Shown one piece after another: positions 39,206 to 51,439 of a DNA stretch of 64,000 bases. The notes under the pieces were generated by a model. That model did no database searches, was not told where the DNA came from, and saw only the letters and a list, made by a program, of their open reading frames with translations. The stretch's first letter is position 1; every line of letters begins with the position of its first letter. The translations under genes were made by a program, and so were the position numbers. The stretch lies in NCBI GenBank assembly GCA_013265495.1, contig MU058669.1, positions 1,497,880-1,561,879 of the forward strand, read 5' to 3'. This DNA is from Vicugna vicugna. Taxonomy: Eukaryota.

Positions 39206-39348
39206 TATTTCAACCTTAATAGACCCAAAGCCCCATTTTTTATAACAAGTATCTGTAATGTTCTCCTTGCATATCCTCATATGAAGTTTACAGATAATTT
39301 AACCAACTAGGATGCACACTTCTTTAAAATCAAAATGATGCTCTAAAT

Positions 39349-39662
39349 AAAATATAAAAGGAAAATAAGAGAAAACCAATTTATAACAAACTGCTATTAC
39401 TCAGTGCCTGGATACAGCTATGCTAGAACACATGTGAATATTTTTGGATTTGAGTGAAGCAAGACAATGTCTAACTGAAGATAATCAACGCTTTTCTTAC
39501 AAAATATAAAAGGAAAATAAGAGAAAACCAATTTATATAACAAACTGCTATTACTCAGTGCCTGGATACAGCTATGCTAGAACACACATCTACATGTGAA
39601 TATTTTTGGATTGGAGTGAAGCAAGACAATGTCTAACTGAAGATAATCAACGCTTTTCTTAC
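39349..39662 (+). repeat. Tandem duplication, 152 bp + 162 bp
   Basis: 39349-39500 and 39501-39662 differ by a 2-bp indel, an 8-bp indel and one substitution. Confidence 0.97.
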
Positions 39663-40098
39663 AGCTGCTGGTTTGAAATTGGGGCTTCCACACACACACA
39701 CACATACACACATCTAGAATCACAATGACCACCACAGCTACAAATGCAAACTGCTACAATTGTGTCCTAGTGACAAGCCAAACACTCAGGACAGCAGTGT
39801 TGTTGATCACATGGTTTACCAAGGTGGTGAGTAAATTTTGGTAAAGTTCCAATAAAATAAAATCTCCCCTTGGCTTACCTTGCAGTTACATTCCTAGGAA
39901 GTTCATAGATATATATAAAACCATGCAAAAACACAATTTTTTCATATGTAGAATGGAGCTGAATTCTAGGCTCAAGTGAATTATAAACCAGTTTCTCACT
40001 TCCTAAGAATCTGTCAGGAAATCCAAGAGTTTTGGGGGGGAAAGGACAATTACTCTTAGTGTGGATCTGATGCGTTACAGGATTTCTAATATTTCTGA

Positions 40099-40582
40099 TG
40101 TAGGAGTGGAAAATTTTTTTCCTGTACCCTTTGAGGTTCCTTTGGTTGGTCTGTTAATTACGGTGATGTAAGACATTAACAGGAGAAGAACCAGTTTAAT
40201 TATGCGTGTACGGAATCCCCGGAGAATATGAGACCCAAGCTGGGCAGCTGAGGCTCATACGCCATCCTGAGCTAAGAAATGGGGTAAGAACCCGGGGCTT
40301 CAAAGGGTAGGAGTGTAATTTAGAGGGCAGTAAGTGGGGGAGATGTTTGATAATTAGGCATTCGCCCTGCCATACAGATAGGCCGCTCAGATAGAAGTGA
40401 TCTCGGGGAACAGCTTTCCCTCTGAGCCAGCACCCCGACCCCGCCGCGTCTGAACTCATTCAGGTAGTTAAAGGAGAGGGAGAGGTTTTCCTTGCGATAG
40501 CTGTGTTTTGATTGCCTTCAGCTCAAAATAAACTGCGTGCCGAAGTGGCGTATTTTGGGGGCACGTATTCTGCTCCCTTTCA
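40099..40582 (-). mobile_element. ERV1 solo LTR (MER34-like)
   Basis: TG...CA termini; minus strand begins TGAAAGGGAGCAGAATACGTGCCCCCAAAATACGCCACTTCGGCA; flanks ctga/gtga (3 of 4 TSD bases match). Confidence 0.85.
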
Positions 40583-41361
40583 GTGACCTCACCAGTCAGC
40601 TGACGTGACAACAAAAAGTGCTACCATGAAGGGTAGTGTGCCCCTTGTTGAGAACTGATGATTAAATTGAGCAGATTTATGTATCACTGGTAGTCTGCAA
40701 GGTGCGAACCATGTTTTTTAAAAAGATGGTATTTCTAAGAGGATGAGCTAACAATGTTGATAATGATGCCAGGGCATGTGGGGAATACGGCCAAAATCAC
40801 ACTCCAGCCTTGAGATGGGTCACAGGATGTGACCTGTGGACTCTCTCTTTGCCATCTTGGCCTCCACCGCCGTGCACCATTGGGAAACAGAGCTTGGCTT
40901 CTTGAGATCAGCAGATTTGAGGAGGTGTCCTCCTCTACTGGAAAATCTTCTGAAAATCAAAATAAAGGGCAAGGAACTTAAAACATGTTTATGCCACCCA
41001 AACATTAGAAATACACAGGAGACTAGAAATACAGATGTAAGGTTGCCTGAAGGTGATACTTTTGTCAAACGTAAAATATTACCCAAACTTGAAAAAAAAA
41101 AAACTATGAGAGAACAAAAAACTGGAAAATCCAAACCCACACCATCAGCCTATAATTTGAGTCTATTTGAATTAATGAACAAATATCTAGTAAATACTTA
41201 GTAGGTACATTTCTGCATATTACTCATTCTTACAGTTTTAATCTTTTTTTTTCTTTTTATATCAAACTCTTCCAGGCAGAAACCAAGCTTTCCCGCTCTT
41301 TTGGATTCATACTGTGCTCAGCACATACTTGGTGCAGAGTAGATATTTATTATTTCCTTAG

Positions 41362-41518
41362 TAGAGGGGTTTTCAAAGTGCAGCAGGGTCACAGGGAAGG
41401 CGGAGCTTCGGAATCAGCCTGTCTGGTGTCGGGGCTGAGAGTCGGTGTTGCTAACAGGTCCCCAGGTGATGCTGGTGAGGATGATTTGGGAAACACATTT
41501 TGAGGATCTTTGGCTTAA
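41362..41518. mobile_element. MER5A-like hAT-Charlie element
   Basis: gttttcaaagtg...gaatcagcctgtctggtgtcggggctgagagtcggtgttgctaacaggtccccaggtgatgctg...cacattttgag. Confidence 0.7.
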
Positions 41519-41529
41519 AGCATCATTGT

Positions 41530-41750
41530 TTTGAAGAGTTCAGGCTCTAGAATCAGGTGGCCATAGGTTTGACTCCCAGCTACGCTACCTATACGCTACA
41601 TCGTCTTGGGCCGTCACTTGACATTTCAGAGCCTCCGTCTCTTCTCATTTAATTAATGAAGATAGTAATGCCTTTTCATCAGTTGCAAGGATAACATTAA
41701 ATAATTCATAGAAAGTGTTCTGTCATTAGCACCTAGCAGGTATTACTTAC
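41530..41750 (+). mobile_element. MIR SINE
   Basis: aagagttcaggctctagaatcagg...gtcttgggccgtcacttgacatttcagagcctccgtctcttc. Confidence 0.75.
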
Positions 41751-43129
41751 TTTTTATGAAACTTTCTCCACTGAGAAAAGGCACGAGGCTACTTGCAGAA
41801 GATGTTCATGTGAAACGTAAATGATCGTAAGTATTGTAATAGAGGGATTTGGGGAAATACTTCACTTGGGTTCAGTGATCTTCCTCTGGGTCCATCTGAA
41901 GTAGGGAGGTCATTCAGAGGATTTTGATGTGGGGGGAAAAAGAACAGTCAAGTACCCGTTAGAGTTAGTAATTAAAACATTGCCGAAGCAACGGCTGTAT
42001 TTATATGAAAACAGCTCAATTTGCCTACAGCAGAAAGTAGCTGTCTGGGAGGAAATGTAATATTCAAACAGCTTGTAATCAAAACAGCTACCCCACACCT
42101 GGGAAAAACATCTTAGTAATGTTTTTGAGCAGGACAGGGGTGGAAATGAACAATCGCTTTTCTTTGCAGCGGCAATAATAGCAGTAATTTCAAAAGGCTT
42201 TTTTTTTCTATTTTTCTCCAGTGTAACGATCGCTTTCTTTGATTGTCACTGAGCACAGGAAGTGGCAAGGTTTGAGGGTACAGCTTGTGTCCTCATGAAG
42301 GGAAAGGAACCGGACACTTCAGAGAATAGCCTGGACTGGTTGCACATCACACTCTCAGTGCATCCTCCAGGCGGCCCCGGAATGAACCGTCTGAATTGCA
42401 GTCTCATGGGGCTGGAGGAGAACTTAGTGGTGACTCAGTCTCCCCCTGCCTTCTTTTGAAGTTTGAATGCCTTCTAATGATTCCTTTCTGTGCTGTCAAG
42501 TATATTCTTCAACACCTCTAGTGACAGAGGAAGCGTCTCCAAAGGAAGTGTGCTCTGACCTTGATCAGCATTTACTGTAGGAAATGTCTTCTTTACCCTG
42601 AGCTGAAAACTCAGCATTTTTCACACACATCAAAGCAGCTACTGGGGTCCACATGAGTCTTCTTTTCTCTTGGCAAATATTTCCATGCCCAAGGGACCTA
42701 TAAGAAATAATTATTCAAAGATTTCAAATGTAGGAAAACTTAAGGCTTTAGTCCTAGAATAAATTATTCACCACTTTAAAAAAAAATTGAAATCCACAGA
42801 TGTTCAGAGCTCAAATGTGAGCCAGACGTGACAGATTTATCTCCCACCTCTGTCTTGATTTTTCTCTGGCCTTTCCTATTTAGGCTTCCTCTGGGCTCCA
42901 AGATGTGGGCTGCAGTGTTCATGGAACCATCCATATTAGGCAGATGCATTCATCTATTCGTTTACCAAAGAAACAGTCACTCCAGAGCGCAGTCTGTCTC
43001 TTGAGCTTGTTTATTGTTCAGTAGGATTGGGTGACTGACTACTGATGTCTCTCATAGGTACCGGAGTGGAAGGGATCTCCAGCCTCACTTATGTGCAGTG
43101 TGTTTGTGGGTCCTATTCTAGGCTGATCA

Positions 43130-43330
43130 GGAATGCATGAATACTTAGCAAATGAGTACCAGAGACAGGACATGCTGCTGGAGGAGGGAAGGTTACTGTG
43201 GGCTGGAAACACTTTATGAAAGAAATGTGTCTTGTATTTGGATGGATAGAAAGGGGGATAACATCCCAGGCAAGAAGAGGAACAGATACAAAAATGCAGA
43301 GAAAGGAGCCAGCCATATTGCATTTGGTGA
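43130..43330 (-). mobile_element. L2 fragment
   Basis: ggaaacactttatgaaagaaatgtgtcttgtatttggatggatag...catcccaggcaagaagaggaacagatacaaaaatgcagag. Confidence 0.5.
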
Positions 43331-43764
43331 CAAAGATGAAGTCAGTAGACCCTTGTCCCAGGGGGAAAAAAAATGGATACGGAGAGTTTTAATAAATATG
43401 AGTGATGTCAAAGTGAAGTCAGGAAATCCAGGAAGACTTCCGTGCAGTTCTCAGTAAGCGAGAGCACCAGCGACAGGACATAACTGGTGCTTCTCGTTTT
43501 GTCAGTGACTTTCAGCAGGAGACTGCAGCCAAGCTTAGATCAGATCAGTTGATTAGGCTCAAAAGCAAGTCAGTATGTTCAAGTTCACATTTGTAAGTAT
43601 AGGAAACAGTTTATTCTGAGCAAAGAAAATGAATATCATTTCCTAATTGTTTTTACAGCATCATTCTAAAAATACCCCTTAAAATAATTGTGCATATAAA
43701 TGAAAACATGCTGGAAAGTTTGAAAAATCTGTTGGATAACACTGAAGTTTAACTGCAAGCTAGA

Positions 43765-44010
43765 GAGCAGGTTTGGAATATCTCAACTGAGGCAACATTG
43801 ACATCTTGGACGGAGGAGCAAAGTATTTTACTCTGTATGGTTAACACGCAGAGATATATAGTATATAAATAGATGCACAATATTTCTGTGATATTAAAAT
43901 TTCACTGGGCAGCAATTTGGTTAAAAAAAAGAAAAAAATTCCCAAATTAGTGTAAAAGACTCCTTAAAGGAGTGATACTGAAGAAAATGTTGACAAATAG
44001 TGCTTTAAAG
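43765..44010. mobile_element. hAT-Charlie type DNA transposon remnant
   Basis: gtatataaatagatgcacaatatttctgtgatattaaaatttcactggg...gaaaatgttgacaaatagtgc; subfamily not determined. Confidence 0.4.
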
Positions 44011-44689
44011 GAAGGCCAGTCCATCAGTCCAAAGAAGATGCAGGTCTGCAAGTTTAGAAACCTTATTTTTGTTGTTAAACAAAGTGTAGACCCAGCTTGC
44101 AGGAGTATCATCATTAATCAAGATCATAGAAACAGATAAAGACTCCAGAATGCCTCATCGTAAATGGATAAAATGACGCATGATCTAGAAAATCTATACA
44201 GCTTTTCTAGCATCACCTTCTTTCTATATCGAAAGCTACATAAGAAACCAAAAAAGCCAAAATTTCTCTTGGATAGCGCATCCCAGAGAAAGGCATCCGC
44301 TTACTTGGTTTCATCTGCGTGATGGCCTAGTTTGGCAGAGCCCTTCACAGCCGGCTTCCTCATTACGAACAAGCCTGCCGTGGGAACTGGCAGCTCCCAT
44401 CCTTTCCCGGGCGGGTGCTGCTTACTCTTGGCTGCTGGGGCACCATTTCCTTCGCTTTTGTAGCTGACTTCTTCCGGGTAACGCGTCCCTTCTTTAAATT
44501 GATTAATGATGGTATTACATCCGGTTGTCAGTAAAGGCTCCTGAGAGCGATGGTACACACCTCTAACCTAATCAGTTTCTCACTGCTGACTTATATTTGG
44601 GTCGAAACAGCTCTTCCTAGACAATCCTCACTACAGTGACCTAACTTCAGAACCGGCCTGAAGAATGTGGTCAGGGGGCCTTCGTGTCC

Positions 44690-44845
44690 TCAAGGTGTGC
44701 TTTACTCACCACGTACAGATTATAGGGCTCCACCCACACCCACTGAGTCAGAATTTCTAAAGGTGGACTTGAGGGACCTGCATTTTCAGCAAGCGCCCTG
44801 TGGAATTCCGATGTCGGTTGAAGTTTGAGCAACACAGCTGTAGAT
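44690..44845. mobile_element. MER5-like hAT-Charlie element
   Basis: gggctccacccacacccactgagtcagaatttct...ctgcattttcagcaagcgccc...aagtttgagcaacacagc. Confidence 0.7.
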
Positions 44846-45139
44846 TCTCTGAGGCAAGATTTTCCTGCTGCAGGAGGGGTGATCTGACCTTTCCTAGGTC
44901 ATTGTCAAACTAGTGACCCAGCACAAGATGACTTTCTATATTTCATATAAACACTGATTACGTCAATCTTAACCCACAAGAATCACTGGTGAAGCTATAG
45001 CACAAAAGATTTGCTGTCACAAAATTCATCTCCACATTTTATCCCAAAGCGTATGTGTCCCTAAGTGAATTTATTCTTTAGCTAGATGAAGCAATCCTTT
45101 TTTAACTCCAGAGTTTCTTAGGAAAATTATGTTGGAATC

Positions 45140-45380
45140 ATGGAAAGAATTTTGGGGTTAGGTCTGAAATTTGGAGTTAAAAGCCTGGACCTGTAATTAG
45201 CCTGTCTTCTTTTTGTAAGCAACCAGCTTAGTATCTTTAGGCTGTAGTTACCTAATTGGTTAAATCAGGATGAAAGATGTTCTAGTTATTTGACAGGATA
45301 TTTGGATGATCAAAGGAGGGAATGGTTGTTCAGTCACCAAGAAAAATTAAAAAGAATTCATAAGAATGTAAGGTATTATT
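45140..45380 (+). mobile_element. MIR SINE (degenerate)
   Basis: atggaaagaattttggggttagg...ggatatttggatgatcaaaggagggaatg...aatgtaaggtattattatt. Confidence 0.55.
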
Positions 45381-45849
45381 ATTAAACACTTATTCCCAAA
45401 TGTAGCCATGCTTGTGATGGGTAAAATGATTTTTACTCATGTTATGCTAAACTAATGATGATGAGCTTGAGGAAGTTTGAGTTGAAGACAGTTTCAAGGA
45501 AGAGAGATTAGATGTTATAAATAATCACTGGAAGTGAATGTATGTGCCTGAATGTGAAATGACACCCCCAGAATTTCCCAGGAATCAAGAGTGACATTTA
45601 AGAAATTGAAAACATCAGCGGAACAAATCGACTCACAGAACACAAATTTATGTCAAGAAGGAAATAGAAGTATGTTGCTGCTTCTGAAAAAGGAGAGAGA
45701 CTGTACAAGAACGTTAATAACATGTCTGTCGTGTAGCCTTCTCTATTAATCCACCCTGGATACAGCGTCCTGCTTACTCTTTCTAAAGTGGGGCTCTGCT
45801 TGTGCCAGACACTTCTTTAACGTCTTTGGTGTCTCCTATTTCCTCTCCA

Positions 45850-46925
45850 AGCTCAGACCCTTCAGTGTAGGATTGAAGACTTTATAGAATCTAATTCTAT
45901 CCCACATCTCCAAACTCGTTCTCTCACCGAGTCGCTCCACGCATTCTAATTGTAACCAGTAACATGCACTGCGTTTTCACATTAATCTGGCTTTTGCATA
46001 GCTCTGTGCTCTATCTATAGCTCCATCTTCTAACTCTTTCTCATGCACACACATCTAATATTTGCCAACCCATCAAGGCTGAGTTTAAAATATCACTGCT
46101 CTCAGTTGCAAATTAAAATCTCACCTTAAACTGAGTTAAGGGGATTGTTGGCCCAGAGAGAACAGGGTGTATTACTGTTGGCTCTCGGTGCTGCAGAGAG
46201 AGGAGGACCCGGTTCGTTACAGAACTGAAAAGACTAGATACTGCATTCACTTAAGAAGTACATGGACCTAGCTGCTAAAACGACGTCATCAGGAAACCTG
46301 TATGTTTCTGTCTCTTGGCTCTGATTTCTTTTGTGCTGAATAGGTTTTTAATCAGTATCTCTTTTTGAGGTGGAAAAAATGGCTTCAAACAGCTCCAAGA
46401 ATATGTTGTACGACCTTACCAACTCTACTAAAGTGAGAAAATCTGTTACTATGTCCAACAAAAGCTCGAGGGAGGGCTCTCATGGCTGCCACTGGCTCAC
46501 GTGCTCATCTCTGAGGTGACCGCCGTGGCTGGGGACTGTGGTCCTCGCACTGGACAGGGTCATGTGCTGACCACGGCCTTGGGGGTGGGGTTAGTTCCAC
46601 CTGTACTGTAAGGACTGAGAGTAATGGAAGATGACTTCTGAAAGGAGAATAAGAATTCTAACAGAAGAAAGGGAAGTGGATGCTGGGATGGCACAGACAT
46701 GAGGTTCTACTTCAACCATTTCTTCTAGCTGGAAGTAACATCTTACCCTATTAAAATTTCTATAGCACTTGGTAACTTTCCATCTTGCATTACAGTTGTC
46801 TGTGCACATTTCCCCACTAACCTTTAAGATCCTGGAGACTAAGTGGAAGCTTTCCGGCACTGCCTTGCAGGGCGCTTTGTTCTGCCTTGTTTACTTTCTA
46901 CTCACTGTGGAATTACAAACAGGGC
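45850..46925 (+). mobile_element. L2 fragment split by an MLT1 insertion
   Basis: ggcttttgcatagctctgtgctctatctatagc...ccatcaaggctgagtttaaaatatcact, resuming after ~46710 with tagcacttggtaac...aagatcctggagactaag. Confidence 0.55.
46100..46700 (-). mobile_element. MaLR LTR (MLT1K-like)
   Basis: cagttgcaaattaaaatctcaccttaaactgagttaag...gggggtggggttagttccacc...ggactgagagt...aacagaagaaagggaagtggatgctggg. Confidence 0.75.
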
Positions 46926-47419
46926 ACTTAACCTCCTTGGGCGTGTTTCTTGAAGAAGAGGCATTGTAATAGAACATTTCTAAGCTCCTTCCTAGTGTCA
47001 AAATTCCTTCATTCTACTATATAATCAAATTGTTGAGTGAATGACTGAATGTCACAGAGGAAATGCAAAAAGGGTTATACCTTGGATTTGCTTGAATGTA
47101 CTTTAGGGATGCCAGTGACCGACGGAATTTAACACTCAAATCCAGGAACCCAGAATGTTCAACATAAAGATGATCTGAGAGAATGTGTTTTCCTCTCTCT
47201 GGTTTTCTACACATGTGATGCATAGAATTAGGGGTTGTACTAGTTTGCTGTGTTCCGTAGGAGGAGGTGAAGGCACGGCGTTCCATGGAAGGGAAGGGAG
47301 TCAGAGCTTCTTTGGTTAGTGCACGTGAGATGAGGAGCCTCAACAAAATCGGGTTACTACAGCCAGAGAATCCAAATAAAAATAAAGACAAGGGAGGTGA
47401 GTAATTGGAAATGTATAGA

Positions 47420-47670
47420 TTATATAATAATAAATGCTAATCTTAAGTGAGAACTTACTAAGTGTGAGGCACTATACTAAGTGATTATATGTTTTATCTG
47501 TGTTTACAGTGATCCTATGAACTAGGTCTGTTCTCATTTTACAAAAGAGAAAACAAGAGCTATAACTCAGATGAAATGACCTGCAGGAGCTGATTCAGCA
47601 GCAAAGATCTTAATCCCAAGTGGTTCTGTTCTGAATCCAGAACTCAAATGCGCAAATCACCATATTCTGT
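47420..47670 (-). mobile_element. MIR SINE
   Basis: aggcactatactaagtg...gatcctatgaactagg...ctcattttacaaaagagaaaacaagagct. Confidence 0.7.
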
Positions 47671-49551
47671 TGTGTTCAGGGTCATCGTGCATCAGTGTGT
47701 CTTATGTCTTCCAACAGGTTCTCAAACTTAATGCCCCTTTTTTTTGCCCCTTTTTGCTCAGTTCCGAAAAAGATCACCTTTTCTCACTTAAGGGATTTAT
47801 GAAGATGAAGGCACAGATGGATCCTGATCATTCACCTGATTTGTTGGGGGATACTCAGTAACCAGACTGGCCAGGGAGCTTGTCTCCACATGACACCAGG
47901 GGATTTTACAAAATCCTAGAGTCTCATGGTTGCAAGAAATTCTATCACCCATGTAGTACTAACCCCCACCCCTTTGCAACGTGATACTTTGTCTGCTCTG
48001 ATTGTGAACACCAAGTTACGGAAGTTAAAAGCAGTATAAGGCACAACCTGACGCAGACATCCCAAAGGTAAGGGGGTCGTCGGCCCAGAGAGAACAGGAC
48101 ATGTTACTCTTGGATCTCCACGCTGCAGAGAGAATAGGATTCAGTTTGGAAGGCAGGCGTGTGTGGATTTATGATGGCGTTTCTCGGAGTAGAGGGCTGG
48201 GGCGTGGCCCTATCCTAGTACCTGCTATCACCCATCTGTGTGCTCAGGTCACTCCACCGAGGGGGGCTGGGTACGTGTGCGACATGCACGTTGAAATAAG
48301 ATTATCAGTCAGGCCACAGTAGCCAAAACACGGGGGAAACTCAAATTGCACGTAGGAATGAAGCAACATGCAAGACCAGATATTCAGTGTAACTTTGCTG
48401 AACAATGAACTAACTACAGCAGGTAATTTTAAATGGTTTTTCCATCAATCTTGCTATGATTTTCTTAAAGCAAATCTGTAGGTTTCTCTGTGATAACAGC
48501 AAAATGTATGGGACGTGACATGAATAATTAGGGTCTGGCTTGAAACCAGAGCTCACCTCTGTTCCCTGTTCTTATCTTTGTCTCTCTGTCAAGATTTCTT
48601 AAACCGATAGTAATCTCCGAACATTTCCCACGTCGGCTAAGTGTGTGTGAGATGGAGAGAAATGTCACTGATAACCACCTTTTCTTACGGCCCTGGGAGC
48701 CACACGTGCAGCCAAGTTGCCTCTGCACGTCTGGACACATCACACGCTGTATCTGACCTCCTGGCTTCCCGATGGGCGAACCCCTGTGGCCCTGAGAGCT
48801 GTGTTTCTTCTAACCAGAGAACACAGCAGGAAGCCCTTGACCTTTTTCTGATTATAATTCCAGAGTGTTAGAAAAAATAAACATAGTGGAACAAAGCATG
48901 GCATCCTATAGATTCCCCTGTTTTGCCCCAAATTCATGGCTGCTGGGTCTCATTAAAGATGACAGGAGAAAAATCTGCAGAGTCAGTTGCTGTTTGGAGA
49001 TGCCATCCCCCTCAGCAGGCCCGGTCGAGTCAGCTGTCATTTCATCAGCCAGGAACTGGACAGTCTTTTTGAAGTGGTTCTTAACTCATTAGTGCTAAGT
49101 GGCATGCTTGATTTACAAGTAGGAGTGATTTGACACTTTTATCACAGGGTCGCTGGAGAGGGGCGTCGTACTGAGGCTGTCTAAGATCTGCAGCTCCTAG
49201 TGGCCCATTTATTTAATGAGCATCCAACTCTAGCTTGGTTACCTCATTTTCTTGATTCTAGGGCACCATTGTATTACTAATAGTTCAAGGAGAACTAATT
49301 TCTTGAAAAGGGGTTGATATATTCAATATATACATAATGTAGGTAATACACATATTAATTACTTATTTTACGTATTTTGTGTTATCACATTATTTTTCTA
49401 GGTACTGTACTGTATTATCTAGAGATACACAGATTAGTGGAAAGACATGTATATCCTAGTTTAATAAAACGATATAGTATTCAGGCAGTAGGTTTAGGTT
49501 ATTTTGTGTGTGTGTGTGCGTGTACATACATATCCATGTATCGGGTACTTA

Positions 49552-50529
49552 TGTTAGTGGATAGAGAGACCCTTAAATTAGGAGGCCCACCAAAGTGTGG
49601 GTCCTTGTCACTGGCTGTGAAAGAGTTTGCAGCAGAGGCAGAGGGACAGAGTGCAAAAGCTGCTTTATTTCTCAAAAGAGGAACAGGAAGAAAAGCATTC
49701 AAGCAGTGAACCGAAATGCTTGAGCAGGAAGCTATCAGCCCAGATGGCCAGTAGAGACAGATCCAGCTGTGACTCGGGCCGCGTCGAATTTTATGGGAGG
49801 CTTCTGCCATCAGGTCCTCATTCCCAGTGTGCTGGAGCTAATGGCTTTTCTTTTTGGTCCCTGTATGGGCTTTTCCAGCTGTTGTCATGGCAACTGTCAA
49901 CAGTCGTAGTGCTGGTGGGTGTGTCACTTAGCAGCTGATACATCATGGTGAGTGTATAAGGAGACTCAAGGTCCACTGCAAGGCAAATTCTCTCCCACCT
50001 TGGGCTCAGCTGGTTCTAACCAGTTCCTGTTTATTCTCTGCAGCTGAGTCCTGAGACTTAGATAAGGTAATTGTTTTCTCTTAGAGGGAGGGGCAGGGAT
50101 ATGGTCCTGGGGGCAACTGGCCTAGTCACAAAAAGAAAAATTGCTTTTAATCAGTGTGCCCATAACCCAGTGAACCCAGTGTCCTCCAGGAAAAAACACC
50201 CAAGGCCTAGGGGACTTCAGCTTTCCTATAAACAAGAGGCAGGGACTGGGGGGATCCTTAGTTCCCGGAGAAGAACTTGAAGGAATTGTTAGGTATATAC
50301 CTCAAGGAGGAACCAGGACCCTGCCCCAAGGCTGGACTATTGGTTCTTAACTATTTCTCCCTTGTCTCTGCATTCCCTCCCTTCCCTGATTAGCTCCGGC
50401 TTGAGTCTGCACTGTGGAACTCAGGGAAGGTCAAGGGGGCGGAATGAAGCCTATTTCCTTCAAATAAGATACAGGGAGAGGAAAAGGATTCGTACCAGGG
50501 AGGACCCCACTGGGTCCTACTTGGCGTCA
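49552..50529 (-). mobile_element. ERV1-type solo LTR (978 bp) with CTTA target-site duplication
   Basis: Starts tgttagtgg (49552) and ends ggcgtca (50529); ctta at 49548-49551 and 50530-50533; MER4/MER41-group-like internal text; tttatt (minus-strand AATAAA) near 49665. Confidence 0.88.
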
Positions 50530-50909
50530 CTTATGTTTCCTTTGTCTTCTCACTAGGATGTTGTCAGTAGATGGAGCTAACAGAAAGCCATCCACTAAAG
50601 ATACTTCTGAGCTGACAGGAAATTTTCTCTTGAGTACCCCAGATCCAGCCCAGGTGACCTAGGTTTAACTTCAGCCTTTCCATGAGATGTAATAGTATTT
50701 ATGATTGTAATAAAGAGAAATTATGTCCGAATAATGACACCAAACTCAGTCTGAAAAACACACGAGCTATCCCAAGCAAGGTTAAATCTGCATTTCTATG
50801 GAAGTGGGGAGCAGAGAAGTAAAGTTTGATAATATCTCTCAAAAACATCCACAAGGGAAGATGCTGTACCCCATGAGGAATTTCTGGTATGTTCATCAAG
50901 ATGTTTGTA

Positions 50910-51340
50910 GCTTTTCTCATCATTTCTTTGGCAGATGCAGACAGAGCAGTACATGTGTGCCATGTACTGTGCTGAGCTCTCAAGAAGTAACAGTCACACA
51001 GCGGGGCTTTTATACCTTTACCAAGTAATAGCGTCGCGGGGAGGCAATCAGTCATGAACGTACAGCGAAGTCATGGATTGTAAACGGTGACAAGTGCAAA
51101 GAAAGACATAAGCAGGAATGTAGGAGGAACATAAACACTGGGACTGAATCCTAGGGGGCCAGTCATGAATAGAGCTTGGGGGAAAGCTGAAAGATTCTAA
51201 ATAAAAATTTAATAATATGCAGATGGAGCCAGAGGTCCGAGCAGTAGGCAGAGTGTAATGAAAGGGAGCTGAAGAGGTGGGTAGGTAGGTCAGGATACAC
51301 AGCGCCTTGCAGACTGCTGCTGGAAGTGTGTTTATTAATC
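50910..51340 (-). mobile_element. L2 fragment
   Basis: gagcagtacatgtgtgccatgtactgtgctgagctct...gagctgaagaggtgggtagg...caggatacacagcgccttgcag. Confidence 0.65.
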
Positions 51341-51439
51341 TAACGCAGAGATCTCTTCCTGTGCGACGCCTGCACCACTTCTATTTGTCTTGTTCCGTTT
51401 GGCTGGATCCTCTGGTACCTGTTAAGAAGTAGGGATAGA

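Noticed and set aside
40836..41201. 121-aa ORF as a possible retrogene
   Set aside because: GTG start, no recognisable homology, an A-run-driven lysine-rich tail, and no polyA/TSD.
43490..43600. Exon-like segment (DFQQETAAKLRSDQLIRLKSK...) ending at TTT|GTAAGT
   Set aside because: Unrecognised peptide and weak exonic donor context; no supporting evidence.
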